Assembly (NCBI GenBank): GCA_021789945.1
Contig: JAJYIS010000002.1
Coordinates: forward strand, 5,379 to 69,378
Reading direction: 5' to 3'
DNA: 64,000 nucleotides
Source of the DNA: Thermoplasmata archaeon
GTDB taxonomy: Archaea; Thermoplasmatota; Thermoplasmata; UBA10834
The notes beneath the pieces were generated by a model, which was not told the origin of the DNA, did not search any database, and saw only the letters and a program-made list of their open reading frames with translations. Below, piece by piece: positions 28,814 to 39,801 of this stretch (its first letter is position 1; each line of letters begins with the position of its first letter). The position numbers and the translations under genes were made by a program.

Positions 28814-29734
28814 CTACGCGGACTTCATCTGAGCGAACTTCTCGTCGTCGGCCCACTTCTTGGCGACCCAGTTCTGCAGCTTCTGGATGTCCGCCTCGGT
28901 CATGTGCCTGAACCTGCCCTGGAGCTTGAGGTACTCCGAGACTGGGGTCATCTTGGGCCTCTTGTTGATCGTGACCTTGCCGTTCTCCATCTCGTAGAGC
29001 GTCCACATGCCGGTATCTACCGCGAGCTTGCACAGCTCGATCGTCTTCGCGGTGTCCGACCTCCAGCCGGTCGGGCACGGCGTGAACACCTGGATGAACC
29101 TGAAGCCCTTCATCTTCTTGGCCTTCTCGAACTTCGTGATGAAGTCCTGGATGTGGCCGACCGATGCGGTCGCGACATACGGCACGTTGTGGGCCATCAT
29201 TATCTGGGGCATGTCCTTCTTGAAGTTCGACTTGCCAGCCTTGACCTTCCCGACAGGGGTCGTGGTGGTCCACGCGCCGAACGGGGTCGAGCCCGACCTC
29301 TGTATGCCAGTGTTCATGTACGCCTCGTTGTCGTACATCACGTAGAGCATGTCCTCGTTCCTCTCGGCGCACCCGGACAGCGATTGGATTCCGATATCGG
29401 CCGTGCCGCCGTCCCCGGCGATGCCCATCACGAGCGTGTGGTCGTTCCCCTGCATCCTCAGGCCCCTCGAGACTCCGGCGGCGCACACCGCGGTGTTCTC
29501 GAAGGCGACATGGTGGAACGGCACCTTCCACGCGACGAGCGGATAGGTCGCGCCGAATATCAGTAGGCAGCAGGCAGGGTTCACGACGACCGTGTCCTGG
29601 CCCAGGATCTTCATCATGTTCCTCACGGCCACCGCGGCGCCGCAGCCAGCGCAGGCCGTGTGCCCTCGGGTGAACAGCTCCTCGTCCGGGAGCTCCTTCA
29701 GCTTCATTGCTCCACCCCCCTCGTGCCCATCCAA
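28814..29734 (-). CDS. porB: pyruvate:ferredoxin oxidoreductase beta subunit (TPP-binding)
   Basis: 306 aa; GDGG TPP motif; Cys cluster ligands. Confidence 0.85.
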   Translation of the reverse strand: MDGHEGGGAMKLKELPDEELFTRGHTACAGCGAAVAVRNMMKILGQDTVVVNPACCLLIFGATYPLVAWKVPFHHVAFENTAVCAAGVSRGLRMQGNDHTLVMGIAGDGGTADIGIQSLSGCAERNEDMLYVMYDNEAYMNTGIQRSGSTPFGAWTTTTPVGKVKAGKSNFKKDMPQIMMAHNVPYVATASVGHIQDFITKFEKAKKMKGFRFIQVFTPCPTGWRSDTAKTIELCKLAVDTGMWTLYEMENGKVTINKRPKMTPVSEYLKLQGRFRHMTEADIQKLQNWVAKKWADDEKFAQMKSA

Positions 29735-30888
29735 GTGATGTCCTTCCTCGCCTTGCCGGTCCTCGCGGCCTCGAAGAGCCGCTCGTACATGAACCTGATA
29801 TCAGCGCTCGACACATCCCTTCCGCCAAGCCCTCCGATGAAGTCCATGATGGGGATGTTGAGGCCATAAGCGGCGTTCCTGAACTCGATGAACGAGGGCC
29901 CGGCCACGCCGTACGACACGGCCCGGTCGAACACTCCGACCGCCTTCACCTTCTCGGCGATCTTCCTCATCTGTTCGGTCGGATACGGCCTCCAGAACCT
30001 CAGCTTGATCAGGCCGACCTTCTTGCCTTCGGCTCTCATCTCGTCGACGACCTCGTGCGCGGTTGCGCTCGCGGTCCCGATCGTGACAAGGACGACATCT
30101 GCATCGTCGACCATGTACGGGTCGATCATGCCGCCGTGGTTCCTGCCGAACTGCTTCACGAACGCGGAATTGACCTCCTCGACCACCTGGGGCACCTGGC
30201 GCATCGCGTGGTCCATGTTCCACCTGACCTCCATCATGTACTCGGGCGGGACGAACGGCCCGATGACGTTCGGCGCCAACGGGTTCAGGACATGGCTCGG
30301 CGGGACGTACTTGGGAACGAACTTGTCCGCCTCCGCCATCTCCGCCAGCTCGACCGGTTCGACCGTGTGCGAGAGGATGAACGCATCGAGTCCGACCGTC
30401 ATTGGCAACGCGACCCTCTTGTCCTCCGCGATCCTGAAGGATTGGAGGACCATGTCGTGGACCTCCTGGTTGTTGTCGCAGAACATCTGTATCCAGCCGG
30501 AGTCGCGCTCGGGCATTATGTCGTTGTGCTCGACCCATATGTTGATCGGCGCGGCGATCGTCCTGTTCACGACGGCCATCACGATCGGAAGCCTCAGTCC
30601 GGAGGCTATTGGCAGGATCTCATGCATAAGGGCGAGCCCCTGGGACGACGTCGCGGTGAATGTCCTGATGCCTGTTGCGCTCGCGGACACGCACGCGCTC
30701 ATCGCGGAGTGCTCGCTCTCGACCTCCATGTACGCGCAGTCAAGTTCGCCGTTGTTGACGAACTCGGAGAGGTGCTCGACGATGAAGGTCTGAGGGGTGA
30801 TTGGATAGGCGGCGACTGTCTTCACGCGGGCCCGCATCGCAGCATAAGCGGCTGCATAGTTGCCAGTGACGACCTTCTTCAGTGCCAT
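29704..30888 (-). CDS. porA: pyruvate:ferredoxin oxidoreductase alpha subunit
   Basis: 394 aa PorA-like. Confidence 0.85.
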   Translation of the reverse strand: MALKKVVTGNYAAAYAAMRARVKTVAAYPITPQTFIVEHLSEFVNNGELDCAYMEVESEHSAMSACVSASATGIRTFTATSSQGLALMHEILPIASGLRLPIVMAVVNRTIAAPINIWVEHNDIMPERDSGWIQMFCDNNQEVHDMVLQSFRIAEDKRVALPMTVGLDAFILSHTVEPVELAEMAEADKFVPKYVPPSHVLNPLAPNVIGPFVPPEYMMEVRWNMDHAMRQVPQVVEEVNSAFVKQFGRNHGGMIDPYMVDDADVVLVTIGTASATAHEVVDEMRAEGKKVGLIKLRFWRPYPTEQMRKIAEKVKAVGVFDRAVSYGVAGPSFIEFRNAAYGLNIPIMDFIGGLGGRDVSSADIRFMYERLFEAARTGKARKDITWMGTRGVEQ

Positions 30889-30892
30889 TCCA

Positions 30893-31777
30893 TCACCTCA
30901 CCATCTTGAGGGCGTCGGCGGGGCACTCGTTAGCGCAAATCCCGCAGCCCTTGCAGTACTCCATGTCGAATTCCATCCTGTCTTCCTTCCTGTAGATGCA
31001 TCCTTCCGGGCAGTAGAACCAGCAGAAGTTGCACATGGTGCACTTCTCCTTGTCGTACTCTGGGTGAAAGACCTTCCAGCTGCCCGTCTTGTTCTCCACG
31101 AACGATCCAGGACCGACCAGCCCGGCCTCGGTCTTCATCGGCAGTGAGGCGGCACCGATTGGCATCTCGCTCACGTCAGGTAGCCACTTCTTCGCGGTCG
31201 TCAGAACCCTATGCCCGTGCGACTCGCCGACCACGGTCCGGTCGTAAGCGGTCCTGGCAGCCTTCGCGTTCAGGTCGCCTACCTTCGGGCCAAGCCTGTC
31301 GCCGAATATCTGAATGATGCCCTTCTCGATGGACTCGATTTTGACGAGCCCGGTTGCCTTCGCGAAGGCGCCTAAGATAGCGGAGTTCGTCGCGGGCTGC
31401 TTCAGGACCTCGAGCGCGACGCTCGTGGCGTCGACCGTTGCTAGCTTGACGTCCATGCCGACATCGATCTCGCCCGGACTCTTCGCAGAGTTGACGATGA
31501 CGATGCCTCCCTTCTTCAGGCCCTCGACGACGTTCACGCCCTCGATCAGGGACTCGTCGAGCACGACCACGAAGTCGGGCTCCTGAACCTGAGTCTTCCT
31601 GTAGATCTTCTTCTTGTCGATCCTAGTGAATGCGAGCACGGGTGCGCCACGCCTCTCAGCTCCGAAAAACGGGAACGCAGTGGCGTAGCCTCCTTCTTGG
31701 AAGGCCGCGCTCGCGAGTGCTTGCGCCGCCATGACCGCGCCTTGACCGCCGCGGCCATGGAATCGAACCTCGTACAT
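30893..31777 (-). CDS. porGD: pyruvate:ferredoxin oxidoreductase fused gamma-delta subunit
   Basis: N-terminal PorG-like (GRGGQG); C-terminal two CxxCxxCxxxCP 4Fe-4S ferredoxin motifs (PorD). Confidence 0.8.
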   Translation of the reverse strand: MYEVRFHGRGGQGAVMAAQALASAAFQEGGYATAFPFFGAERRGAPVLAFTRIDKKKIYRKTQVQEPDFVVVLDESLIEGVNVVEGLKKGGIVIVNSAKSPGEIDVGMDVKLATVDATSVALEVLKQPATNSAILGAFAKATGLVKIESIEKGIIQIFGDRLGPKVGDLNAKAARTAYDRTVVGESHGHRVLTTAKKWLPDVSEMPIGAASLPMKTEAGLVGPGSFVENKTGSWKVFHPEYDKEKCTMCNFCWFYCPEGCIYRKEDRMEFDMEYCKGCGICANECPADALKMVR

Positions 31778-32032
31778 CCTATAAGCCTCGCTGGCTTTTT
31801 GTATGGGAGGCTCTACCTTAAGACTTTCGTTTTTACCCGTATTGGCCCGCTGGATGGCCAGATGGGACGCTCTTGACGAAATTGCGACTATTAGAGATGC
31901 CCATAATCGAGCGTCGATATTTCCTCAATCCGAGAGGTCGAAAAGGACACAGCGCCGGAACCTCGAACAAGGCCCGAGCGGCCCTTATCCCGGACGTAGC
32001 GGCGGCGTCAGGGCGACACGACGGGAGTCGGC

Positions 32033-32557
32033 TCAGTAGCTCATGACTACAATCCTGCAGGAGACGCATCTGAAGGCATTCGTGTTGGTGTTCGAGACGA
32101 ACAGCGATCCGCGCTGGAGCGGCTCACCCGCGTAGGGCCAGAAGTACGCCTCGGAATCCGACCACCTGAGCCCCCGGAAATAGCCCTCGTTCGGGAATAC
32201 CAGGAACCCTCGGGCCATGGGCTTGCCGCATGCTGGACAGTGGAGAGTCTCCAGAGCCACCGAGACCACCGGCTGAGGCTCCGACGCACCCTTCACTGGG
32301 AGAGGCGCGTCGCATTCTCTGCACAGTCGGTCCGATGAGAGGTTCTTGCGCCCGCATGCCTCGCAGTAGACGAATGGCGATCTGATGGGTTTGTGGCATG
32401 AATGGCACTCGGTATCTCCCTGCGGATTCTCAGCATCGCAGTAGGGGCAGTTGAAGACCTTTGAATCGGTGCTCCTGACTGTCTTCAGCTCGGAACCGCA
32501 CTTCTTGCAGAAGAGCTCGTTGCTCTCGTTGTTCGAACCACACTTCGGGCACCGCAT
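32033..32557 (-). CDS. multi zinc-ribbon protein
   Basis: 174 aa with at least five CxxC pairs. Confidence 0.45.
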   Translation of the reverse strand: MRCPKCGSNNESNELFCKKCGSELKTVRSTDSKVFNCPYCDAENPQGDTECHSCHKPIRSPFVYCEACGRKNLSSDRLCRECDAPLPVKGASEPQPVVSVALETLHCPACGKPMARGFLVFPNEGYFRGLRWSDSEAYFWPYAGEPLQRGSLFVSNTNTNAFRCVSCRIVVMSY

Positions 32558-32728
32558 GATAACCGCAGCAACCTCCGATCGCCTCGCACCGACTTAGCAA
32601 TTTCCTAGGACGTCCGCTGTCATCCCCTCCCCCACCTCCGGATCGGCGCCGTCCCATAGAACGACCTATTGAGTCACCAAGCGAAGTCGAGCAAACCTTT
32701 TTGGAGGAAGCAAGGGATTTGGAGCGCG

Positions 32729-34951
32729 ATGGCCAAGAAGCAGCCCGAGGGCATCACGCTCAAGGTGGCCCGGGCCCACCACCAGTCGGAGGTCGGCCTG
32801 GGAAGGGCGAGGATCGACACCCAAACCAGAAAGGTCTTGAACGCCGATGTCGGAGAGATCATCGAGATCGCCGGCAAGAAGAAGACGGCCGCCAAGGTCT
32901 TCAGAGCGGCCCACGAGGACGAGGGTCAGGGGATCATTAGGATAGATGGGATGATCAGAGGCAACGCGGGCGTGTCCATCGGCGAGAAGGTCACGGTCAC
33001 GAAGGCCGTCGCCCAGAACGCGCAGAAGATCATCGTCGCTCCGAAGATCCCGCAGGGCAAGCGGGTCAGGTTCGGCCAAGGGGTCGAGGGCCTCTTCAAG
33101 AAGGGCCTGCTCAACAGGGCGGTCATCAAGGGCGACGAGATCATCATACCGAACATAGCGCTGATGGGGGGATTTCTTCCGTTCGTCGTCGTCTCCACCA
33201 CTCCCGGCGGCATAGTCCAGGTGACGGAGGGCACGGACCTCTCGGTGAAGACCGAGCCTGTCGAGGTCACCCAGATAGAGAGGCCTTCAGCGACCTACGA
33301 GGACATCGGGGGGCTGGAGGAGGAGCTGCAGCGCATCAGGGAGATGATCGAACTCCCGCTCAAGCATCCGGAGGTATTCTCGAGGCTCGGCATAGACCCG
33401 CCCAAGGGAGTGCTTCTCTACGGACCGCCTGGGACTGGCAAGACGCTGATTGCCAGGGCGGTCGCGAACGAGGCCGGGGCGAACTTCTACTCCATACAGG
33501 GCCCGGAGATAATGTCCAAGTTCTACGGCCAGAGCGAGGAGCGCCTAAGGGACATGTTCACGGAAGCGGAGAAGAACGCCCCGTCCGTGGTGTTCATCGA
33601 CGAGCTGGACTCCATAGCGCCGAAGAGGGACGAGGTACAGGGCGAGGTCGAGCGAAGGGTCGTCGCCCAGCTGCTGACCCTGATGGACGGACTCACCGCC
33701 AGGGGCAACGTCATCGTCATCGCGGCGACCAACAGGGAGGAGGCGATAGACCCGGCACTGAGGAGGCCGGGGAGGTTCGACCGGGAGATCGAGATCGGCG
33801 TCCCGACCGTCGCCGCCCGCCAGGAGATCATGCAGATCCATACCAGGGGCATGCCGCTCGAGGAGAACGTGAGCATGGAGCACATCGCGAAGATCACCCA
33901 CGGGTTCGTCGGAGCGGACCTTGCGTCGCTGGCCCGCGAGGCCGCTATGAAATGCCTGAGGAGATACCTCCCGGAAATCGACCTCGGCAAGCCCATCCCC
34001 GCGGAGGTCCTCGAGAAGATGAAGGTGACATCGCAGGACTTCACGGACGCGCTCAGGGAGATCGAGCCGAGCGCGATGAGGGAGGTGATGGTCGAGGTGC
34101 CGCACGTCACATGGGCGGATGTGGGCGGGCTCGAAGAGGTGAAGAACGAGCTTCACGAGGCGGTCGAGCTGCCCTTGGAGGACCCGCAGTCCTTCATCCG
34201 GATGGGGATCAGGCCGCCAAGGGGGCTGCTGCTCTTCGGCGCTCCCGGGACTGGGAAGACCTTGATCGCCCGGGCGATCGCGACCGAGAGCCGGGCCAAC
34301 TTCATCTCGATCAAGGGCCCTGAGATAATGTCGAAATGGGTGGGCGAGAGCGAGAAGGCCGTGCGCATGATCTTCAAGAAGGCGAAGCAGGTCTCGCCCG
34401 CGATAGTCTTCCTCGACGAGGTCGACGCCATCGCCCCGAGGAGGGGCGGGAGCTTCGACACCGGCTCGACGGAGAGGGTGGTCAACCAGCTATTGACATC
34501 CATGGACGGGCTCGAGGACCTCGAGAACGTGGTCGTCATTGCCGCGACGAACAGGCCCGACATCGTGGACCCTGCGCTGCTGCGGCCAGGGAGGTTCGAC
34601 AAGCTACTGCTGATCCCCGTGCCGGACGAAGCGACGAGGCTCAAGATACTCCAGGTGCACACCAGGGACATGCCCTTGGAAGACGTCGATTTGCAGGCGC
34701 TCGCGAAACGCATAGATGGCTATGTCGGAGCGGACATCGAGAACCTTTGCAGGGAGGCGGCCATGACGGCCCTGAGGCAGAACAGGACGGCGGCGAAGGT
34801 GACCTCAAAGCACTTCGAGGAGGCGCTGGCTCACACCCGGCCATCGACCGATGCGGACACCCAGAAGCACTACGAGCAGATGTTCAGGGACCTGAAGACC
34901 GCAATGTCTAAGAAGACCGAGGGGGATTGGGGCACAGGCTATTACAGATAG
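32729..34951 (+). CDS. cdc48: CDC48/VCP-like AAA+ ATPase (N-domain plus two AAA domains)
   Basis: Two Walker A GPPGTGKT / GAPGTGKT, Walker B, SRH regions; start at MAKKQPEG. Confidence 0.9.
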   Translation: MAKKQPEGITLKVARAHHQSEVGLGRARIDTQTRKVLNADVGEIIEIAGKKKTAAKVFRAAHEDEGQGIIRIDGMIRGNAGVSIGEKVTVTKAVAQNAQKIIVAPKIPQGKRVRFGQGVEGLFKKGLLNRAVIKGDEIIIPNIALMGGFLPFVVVSTTPGGIVQVTEGTDLSVKTEPVEVTQIERPSATYEDIGGLEEELQRIREMIELPLKHPEVFSRLGIDPPKGVLLYGPPGTGKTLIARAVANEAGANFYSIQGPEIMSKFYGQSEERLRDMFTEAEKNAPSVVFIDELDSIAPKRDEVQGEVERRVVAQLLTLMDGLTARGNVIVIAATNREEAIDPALRRPGRFDREIEIGVPTVAARQEIMQIHTRGMPLEENVSMEHIAKITHGFVGADLASLAREAAMKCLRRYLPEIDLGKPIPAEVLEKMKVTSQDFTDALREIEPSAMREVMVEVPHVTWADVGGLEEVKNELHEAVELPLEDPQSFIRMGIRPPRGLLLFGAPGTGKTLIARAIATESRANFISIKGPEIMSKWVGESEKAVRMIFKKAKQVSPAIVFLDEVDAIAPRRGGSFDTGSTERVVNQLLTSMDGLEDLENVVVIAATNRPDIVDPALLRPGRFDKLLLIPVPDEATRLKILQVHTRDMPLEDVDLQALAKRIDGYVGADIENLCREAAMTALRQNRTAAKVTSKHFEEALAHTRPSTDADTQKHYEQMFRDLKTAMSKKTEGDWGTGYYR

Positions 34952-34962
34952 CTGGAGATGGG

Positions 34963-35208
34963 ATGTCAATGCGCAAATTCATCACCGAGCTCAAGGGCAA
35001 GACAGTGATGACAAACGATGGCCAGATTCTCGGAATGATAGAGAACTTCATCATGGACACGAAGTCCGGGGAGCTTCAGAACGTCCTCGTGATACCTGCT
35101 GAGGACGTCGAACCGCGCCTGTTCAAGACGGACGCCCAGGGAAGGCTCGTGCTCCCGTTCAGCGAGATGAAGGCCGTCCGGGACGTCGTCGTGATGAGCA
35201 TAGGCTGA
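34963..35208 (+). CDS. PRC-barrel domain protein
   Basis: 81 aa; GGAG-like RBS upstream; immediately downstream of cdc48. Confidence 0.45.
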   Translation: MSMRKFITELKGKTVMTNDGQILGMIENFIMDTKSGELQNVLVIPAEDVEPRLFKTDAQGRLVLPFSEMKAVRDVVVMSIG

Positions 35209-35266
35209 CCTCACCACAGACCTCCCAGAACGATGAAGGCCGTTTTTCTCAGCGACCCTGTCCAGG

Positions 35267-37855
35267 TCACTTCCTGGACCGCTTGCCCTTCGCCTTGAGT
35301 ATCCGGAGCACCAAGTCGGCCCGGGTGCCTTCCGGGTCCAGCCCCAGCGACTCGCATATCGCCTCGAGCTCGGTCTTCCGCTTCTCACGAAGCGTGTCCT
35401 CGGTGTAGGTCTCGAGGGCCTGCTCCGCCGAGTCCTTGCCGCCGACGACCTCCTCGCCAGGCGGTGCCGCCCCAGGTTTGACCGGCTGCCCTGGGACCTT
35501 CCCGGCTGTCATCTTCTGCTCGACCCTGCGGGCGTTGTCGGCCGCGTCCTTGAACTTGGGGGCCACCCTGATGGCCTCCCTGAAGGCGACCATCGCCTCC
35601 TCGATCTTGCCCAGGCGCTCGAGCACGATGCCCCTGTTGTTGTACGCCTCCGCCGTCTCCGCGACCTTGAGCGACTGCTCGAAGGTCATTCCGGCATCGG
35701 CCAGAAGATCCGTGGAGAGCTGGGTGAAGCCCTTGTTGGTGAGCGCGACCGACGTCGGATACATGACCGCCGACTCCTCGAAGCAGGCGATCGACTCGCG
35801 CAGCCTGTCCAGCTTGTAGAGCACGCAGCCCCTGTTGTTCCAAGCGGAGCTGTTGTTCCTCTGCAGTCTGATGGCTTTGTCGAACTCCAGGCTTGCCTTC
35901 TCGTAGTCGCCCCTCTTGAACAGCACCGCCCCGGCGTTGTTGTACGCTCTCGACGGGTCGAGCGGGAGCTGCTTGGTCTTCTCGAAGCTATCGGCCGCCC
36001 CCTGCAGGTCCTCCGCCTCGATCATCAGCATGCCCTTGAAGTTCTCGAGCTCCGCGAGGTGCTCATGGGTGATCGCGAGGTCGATGTCCTCCGTGGCTTG
36101 CTTGAAATCCCTCCTCGAGAACGCGTCGATGGACGAGACAGCCCTGGCCTGCCAGCCCAGGTTCGACCTCCTCAGGAGGTCGCACACCTTCGAGGCGCGC
36201 TCGCTGTCGCCAGTCTCGGAGAGCATCGTGTAGAGGTTGAACAGGGCCGGCGCATGCGCCGGGTCGATGGCGATCGCGTGCTCGTACGTCTTCGCGGCCG
36301 CCTCCGACTTCCCGAGGCCGTGAAGGACGTTCCCCGCCATGGTGAGCAGGCCTGGGTTCTCGCCTTCGAGCGTCAAGGACCGGCCGAGGTAGTCGAACGC
36401 CTCGTCCAGCTTGCCTAGGAGCAGGAGCAGCTCCGCCCGGTCGCCATACAGCTCCTCGCCCAGCTCCTCGACAGTCTCCTCCTGGACCCTCGCGAGCGCG
36501 TCGGCCGATAGCTTCGGGGCCTCGGGCGCATGCGGGGGCGACGGCGGAGCCGGGGCGGCTGGCCCGGACGCGAATATGTCCTTGACTATCTGCGGGACCT
36601 CCGAGAACTTCTCCTCCATGCTCTTGGAGGCCTCCTCGAGCGCGCCCCTCGCCTCGACGAACTCCGGGTCCAGCCTGAGGGCCTGCTCGAAGCTCGCCTT
36701 CGCCTGGCTGATGTTCCCGGTCTTCTTGGCGGCGAGCCCCCTGAGATACCAGCCCTTCGGCAGCTCCGGCCTCAGGTGGGTCATCTGCGTGAAGGCCTCG
36801 AACGCCTCCCCGAACTTGGCCTGCTCGAACAGGAGGCTGCCCTTGTTCATCCACGCTTCGATGTAGTCGTGCTTGAGCTCGATCGCCTTGTTGTAGGATG
36901 CGAGGGCGTCGTTGATCCTGCCGAGCGCGTGCAGCGTCGCCCCGCGGTTGTTGTGGACCTTCTCCAGCCTGTAGTTGATCCTGAGCACCTTGTCGAACGT
37001 TTCGAGCGCTTCCTGGAACTTCCCCAGCCTGTGCAGGGTCGAGCCCTTGTTCACGAGCGCCTTCTGCATGACCGGGTTGTATTGGAGCGCCCTGTCGTAG
37101 CAGATTATCTCCTCGCTGTACCTTCCGAGCGCGAACAGGCAGACCCCGAGGGAGAACCAGGTCTCGTCGCTCTCGGGGTACAGCTCGAGGGCGCGCTTGT
37201 AGCAGCTCAGGGCCTGCTCGTGGTACCCCATCTCGTCGAGCGTGTTGCCCTTCAGCCTCCACGGGACGTCGTAGTCCTCCCGCAGCATGATGGCGTGGTC
37301 GAAGCTGTCCAGGGCCTTCATGTTGTCCTTCGCCGCGAGGGACTCGTACCCGGACCTCATCGCCTCCTCGAGCTCTCGGTCCGCACCCGGGATCGAGGGT
37401 GTCTTCGCCCTCTCCCTCCACAGGTCAGCCGCCTTGATGACCTCCTTGTCGAGGTCGAACCTGCGCAACAGGGCCGCGAGCTTCGTGCCGTCGGCGACTT
37501 CCACCTCGATCTCGTCAGCGAACTTGACGGCGTCCTGGGCGATGAAACCCGCCGCGAACACGATCCCCTTCGGCGCCTCAGCCTTCTTCATGTACGATAG
37601 CAGGCTCTGGATGTCCGGCTTCGTGATCTGCTCGTCCCTGCGGGAGAAGAACACGACGTACTTCTTCCCGTCAGGCCTGTGGACGCACTCGGAGATGGAG
37701 AACCTGCCCTTCTGCCGGCTCATGACGGGCTTCAGCTCGAGGTAGCCGAGCACCGCGTCGACCATCCTCGAGAATTCCTGGTCCGAGATCTCCTTGAGGG
37801 ACTTGATAATCCTGTCGTCCGACCGCTCGCTCAGGATCTTGTCGAGCTCGACCAT
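35267..37855 (-). CDS. TPR-repeat protein with N-terminal Mrr-cat-like (restriction endonuclease fold) domain and C-terminal Rho_N-like motif
   Basis: 862 aa from MVELDKILSER; more than 15 TPR-like repeats; C-terminal ELEAICESLGLDPEGTRADLVLRILKAK; ATGA overlap with upstream TPR gene. Confidence 0.6.
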   Translation of the reverse strand: MVELDKILSERSDDRIIKSLKEISDQEFSRMVDAVLGYLELKPVMSRQKGRFSISECVHRPDGKKYVVFFSRRDEQITKPDIQSLLSYMKKAEAPKGIVFAAGFIAQDAVKFADEIEVEVADGTKLAALLRRFDLDKEVIKAADLWRERAKTPSIPGADRELEEAMRSGYESLAAKDNMKALDSFDHAIMLREDYDVPWRLKGNTLDEMGYHEQALSCYKRALELYPESDETWFSLGVCLFALGRYSEEIICYDRALQYNPVMQKALVNKGSTLHRLGKFQEALETFDKVLRINYRLEKVHNNRGATLHALGRINDALASYNKAIELKHDYIEAWMNKGSLLFEQAKFGEAFEAFTQMTHLRPELPKGWYLRGLAAKKTGNISQAKASFEQALRLDPEFVEARGALEEASKSMEEKFSEVPQIVKDIFASGPAAPAPPSPPHAPEAPKLSADALARVQEETVEELGEELYGDRAELLLLLGKLDEAFDYLGRSLTLEGENPGLLTMAGNVLHGLGKSEAAAKTYEHAIAIDPAHAPALFNLYTMLSETGDSERASKVCDLLRRSNLGWQARAVSSIDAFSRRDFKQATEDIDLAITHEHLAELENFKGMLMIEAEDLQGAADSFEKTKQLPLDPSRAYNNAGAVLFKRGDYEKASLEFDKAIRLQRNNSSAWNNRGCVLYKLDRLRESIACFEESAVMYPTSVALTNKGFTQLSTDLLADAGMTFEQSLKVAETAEAYNNRGIVLERLGKIEEAMVAFREAIRVAPKFKDAADNARRVEQKMTAGKVPGQPVKPGAAPPGEEVVGGKDSAEQALETYTEDTLREKRKTELEAICESLGLDPEGTRADLVLRILKAKGKRSRK

Positions 37856-39738
37856 CAGGCACCCCCTCCTTCCCGGATGTTCTTGAGCCACTTCGAGGCG
37901 TCCTTGTTGCCCGGGTCCAGCCTCACGCTCTCCTCCAGGCACGCCCTGGCCTCGTCGACCCTTCCGATGGCGTTGAGCGCGACCCCCTTCTTCCCGAGGG
38001 CGTAGGAGTCCTCCTGGGCCAGCTCGAGGTACTTGTCGTAGGCCTCCACGGCCCGCTCCCATTTCTCCTTCTCGAAGAGCGTGTCGGCCTTCATCAGCCA
38101 CGAGGCCTTGTCCGTCGGGGACAACGCGTTGTACCTGTCCAGGCACTGTATGGCGGCGCCCCATCTGCCCATCTGCTTCATCGTCCTGGCCTTTCCCAGC
38201 CACGCGCGGGCGTCGTCATCGTCGATCGCGAGCGAGCGCGAGAAGCTCTCGTCTGCGCCCTCGAGCTTCCCGTTCTTCAGGAGGACCTCACCCATGGAGG
38301 TCCACGCGTCCGCGAACTTCTGGTCCAGGGAGACCGACTTGCTGAAGTACTGGATGGACGCGCCCCACCTGCCCTCCTTGTCCGCGAGCGCCCCCCTCCA
38401 GAACCATGCCTGAGAATCGTCGCGATTCTTCTCATAGAACGAGTGGACCAGCGGAGCGGCGCCCTTCAGGTCGCCTTTCTTCATGTGGACCTCGATCAAC
38501 AGCAGCTCAGCCTCCCGGAGGCCCGGGCGTCCTTTCAGGACCGTGTTCGCACGCTGCATCGCGAGGTCGAGGTCGCCCGCCTTGAACGCCGCCATCGCGG
38601 AGTCCAGCGGCGACGGCTGAGAGGCCGGCACAGGCGCTGGCCTCGGCGCGGGCTTCTCCGATGGGGGCGCAGGCGCTGCCTCTGCGACCTCCTCACCTCC
38701 GCCCGCCCGCTTGAACTCTGAGATCAGGTCGCTGATCTTCTTCTCGAGCCCCGGCCTCCTGGAGAGGCTCTTCTGGCTCTCCGCGAGAGCTGCCTCTTCG
38801 AGCCTGCCGGTGTCTCTGAGCGTGGTTATCAGGATGTCGTGCGCCGGAGGATACCTGGGGTCCAACGACAGCGCCCTGTTGAAGCACTCGATCGCCTCCT
38901 CGGGCCTGTCCATGCTCCGCAGTATCCTTCCTTTCAGGACCCATAGCCCGGGGTTCTCCGTGATGTTGATGACCTCGTCGACCTTGGTCAGGGCCTCGAC
39001 CTGGTTCCCCATCATCAGGTGCGCCCTCGCGATGCCCTCCCCGATCGAAGCATCGCTCGGGAAGCTCCTCTGGGCGTCCGACAGGTTCTCCTCCGCCTCC
39101 TTCCACTCCTCGGCGTCAAGGCAGAGCATCCCGAGGTTCCTGCTGGCGATCGACCGGAGGTCGTCTCCCTCGGCCACCTTCGAGAAATACTCCTTGGCCC
39201 TCGCGATCAGATACGACCTCTTCTTCTCCCGCCAGGCCTTCGAGGCGGTCCTGAGCAATATTCCGTTCGCGGCCCTCCAGTAGACCATGCCGACCCGGAT
39301 GTACAGGTCGCTCATGGCCTCGAGAGGGTACATCTTCTCGGCGGCGTTCACCTTTTGGAGGATCGATGTGATGACCACGGCGGCGTCCTCTGTCAGGAGC
39401 ATCTCCGGGGAATCGAGCCTGAGCGGCACTCCCTGGTGCGCGAGGAGGGTGTCGCACCTCTGGTAGAAGCTCTTGAGGTCCTCGTGGTGGAGCGCCTGAG
39501 GATTGACATCGCGGATGATGGACTCGAGGTCCAGAGAGGGCACGGCGACGACGTCTGGCCCCGAGGTCGGCCCCAACAGGTAGGCCGCGGAGCCCGAAGA
39601 CCTCAGTCTGGAGTAGAGGCTCTGGCCGAGCAGCACGGGGTTCAGGAAGAACTTGGGCTCTTGGAAGCTCGAGTCCGCGCAGCCGTCGCAGATCAGAGCC
39701 TCAGCCTCTGTCTGGCCGCCGCACTTCAAGCAGGGCAC
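37855..39738 (-). CDS. TPR-repeat protein with N-terminal zinc ribbon
   Basis: 627 aa; CLKCGG...CDGC at N-terminus; Pro/Ala-rich linker; TPR repeats. Confidence 0.6.
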   Translation of the reverse strand: MPCLKCGGQTEAEALICDGCADSSFQEPKFFLNPVLLGQSLYSRLRSSGSAAYLLGPTSGPDVVAVPSLDLESIIRDVNPQALHHEDLKSFYQRCDTLLAHQGVPLRLDSPEMLLTEDAAVVITSILQKVNAAEKMYPLEAMSDLYIRVGMVYWRAANGILLRTASKAWREKKRSYLIARAKEYFSKVAEGDDLRSIASRNLGMLCLDAEEWKEAEENLSDAQRSFPSDASIGEGIARAHLMMGNQVEALTKVDEVINITENPGLWVLKGRILRSMDRPEEAIECFNRALSLDPRYPPAHDILITTLRDTGRLEEAALAESQKSLSRRPGLEKKISDLISEFKRAGGGEEVAEAAPAPPSEKPAPRPAPVPASQPSPLDSAMAAFKAGDLDLAMQRANTVLKGRPGLREAELLLIEVHMKKGDLKGAAPLVHSFYEKNRDDSQAWFWRGALADKEGRWGASIQYFSKSVSLDQKFADAWTSMGEVLLKNGKLEGADESFSRSLAIDDDDARAWLGKARTMKQMGRWGAAIQCLDRYNALSPTDKASWLMKADTLFEKEKWERAVEAYDKYLELAQEDSYALGKKGVALNAIGRVDEARACLEESVRLDPGNKDASKWLKNIREGGGA

Positions 39739-39801
39739 CTTCTACCTCCCGACTCCATCCGATGAGGGTGAAATCTTATAATCCTAGCGATAGGGTCCTG
39801 G

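Noticed and set aside
36063-37421. 452-aa minus-strand ORF and 356-aa plus-strand ORF overlapping the TPR gene
   Set aside because: Shadow frames of the TPR coding sequence with R/G/P-rich composition.
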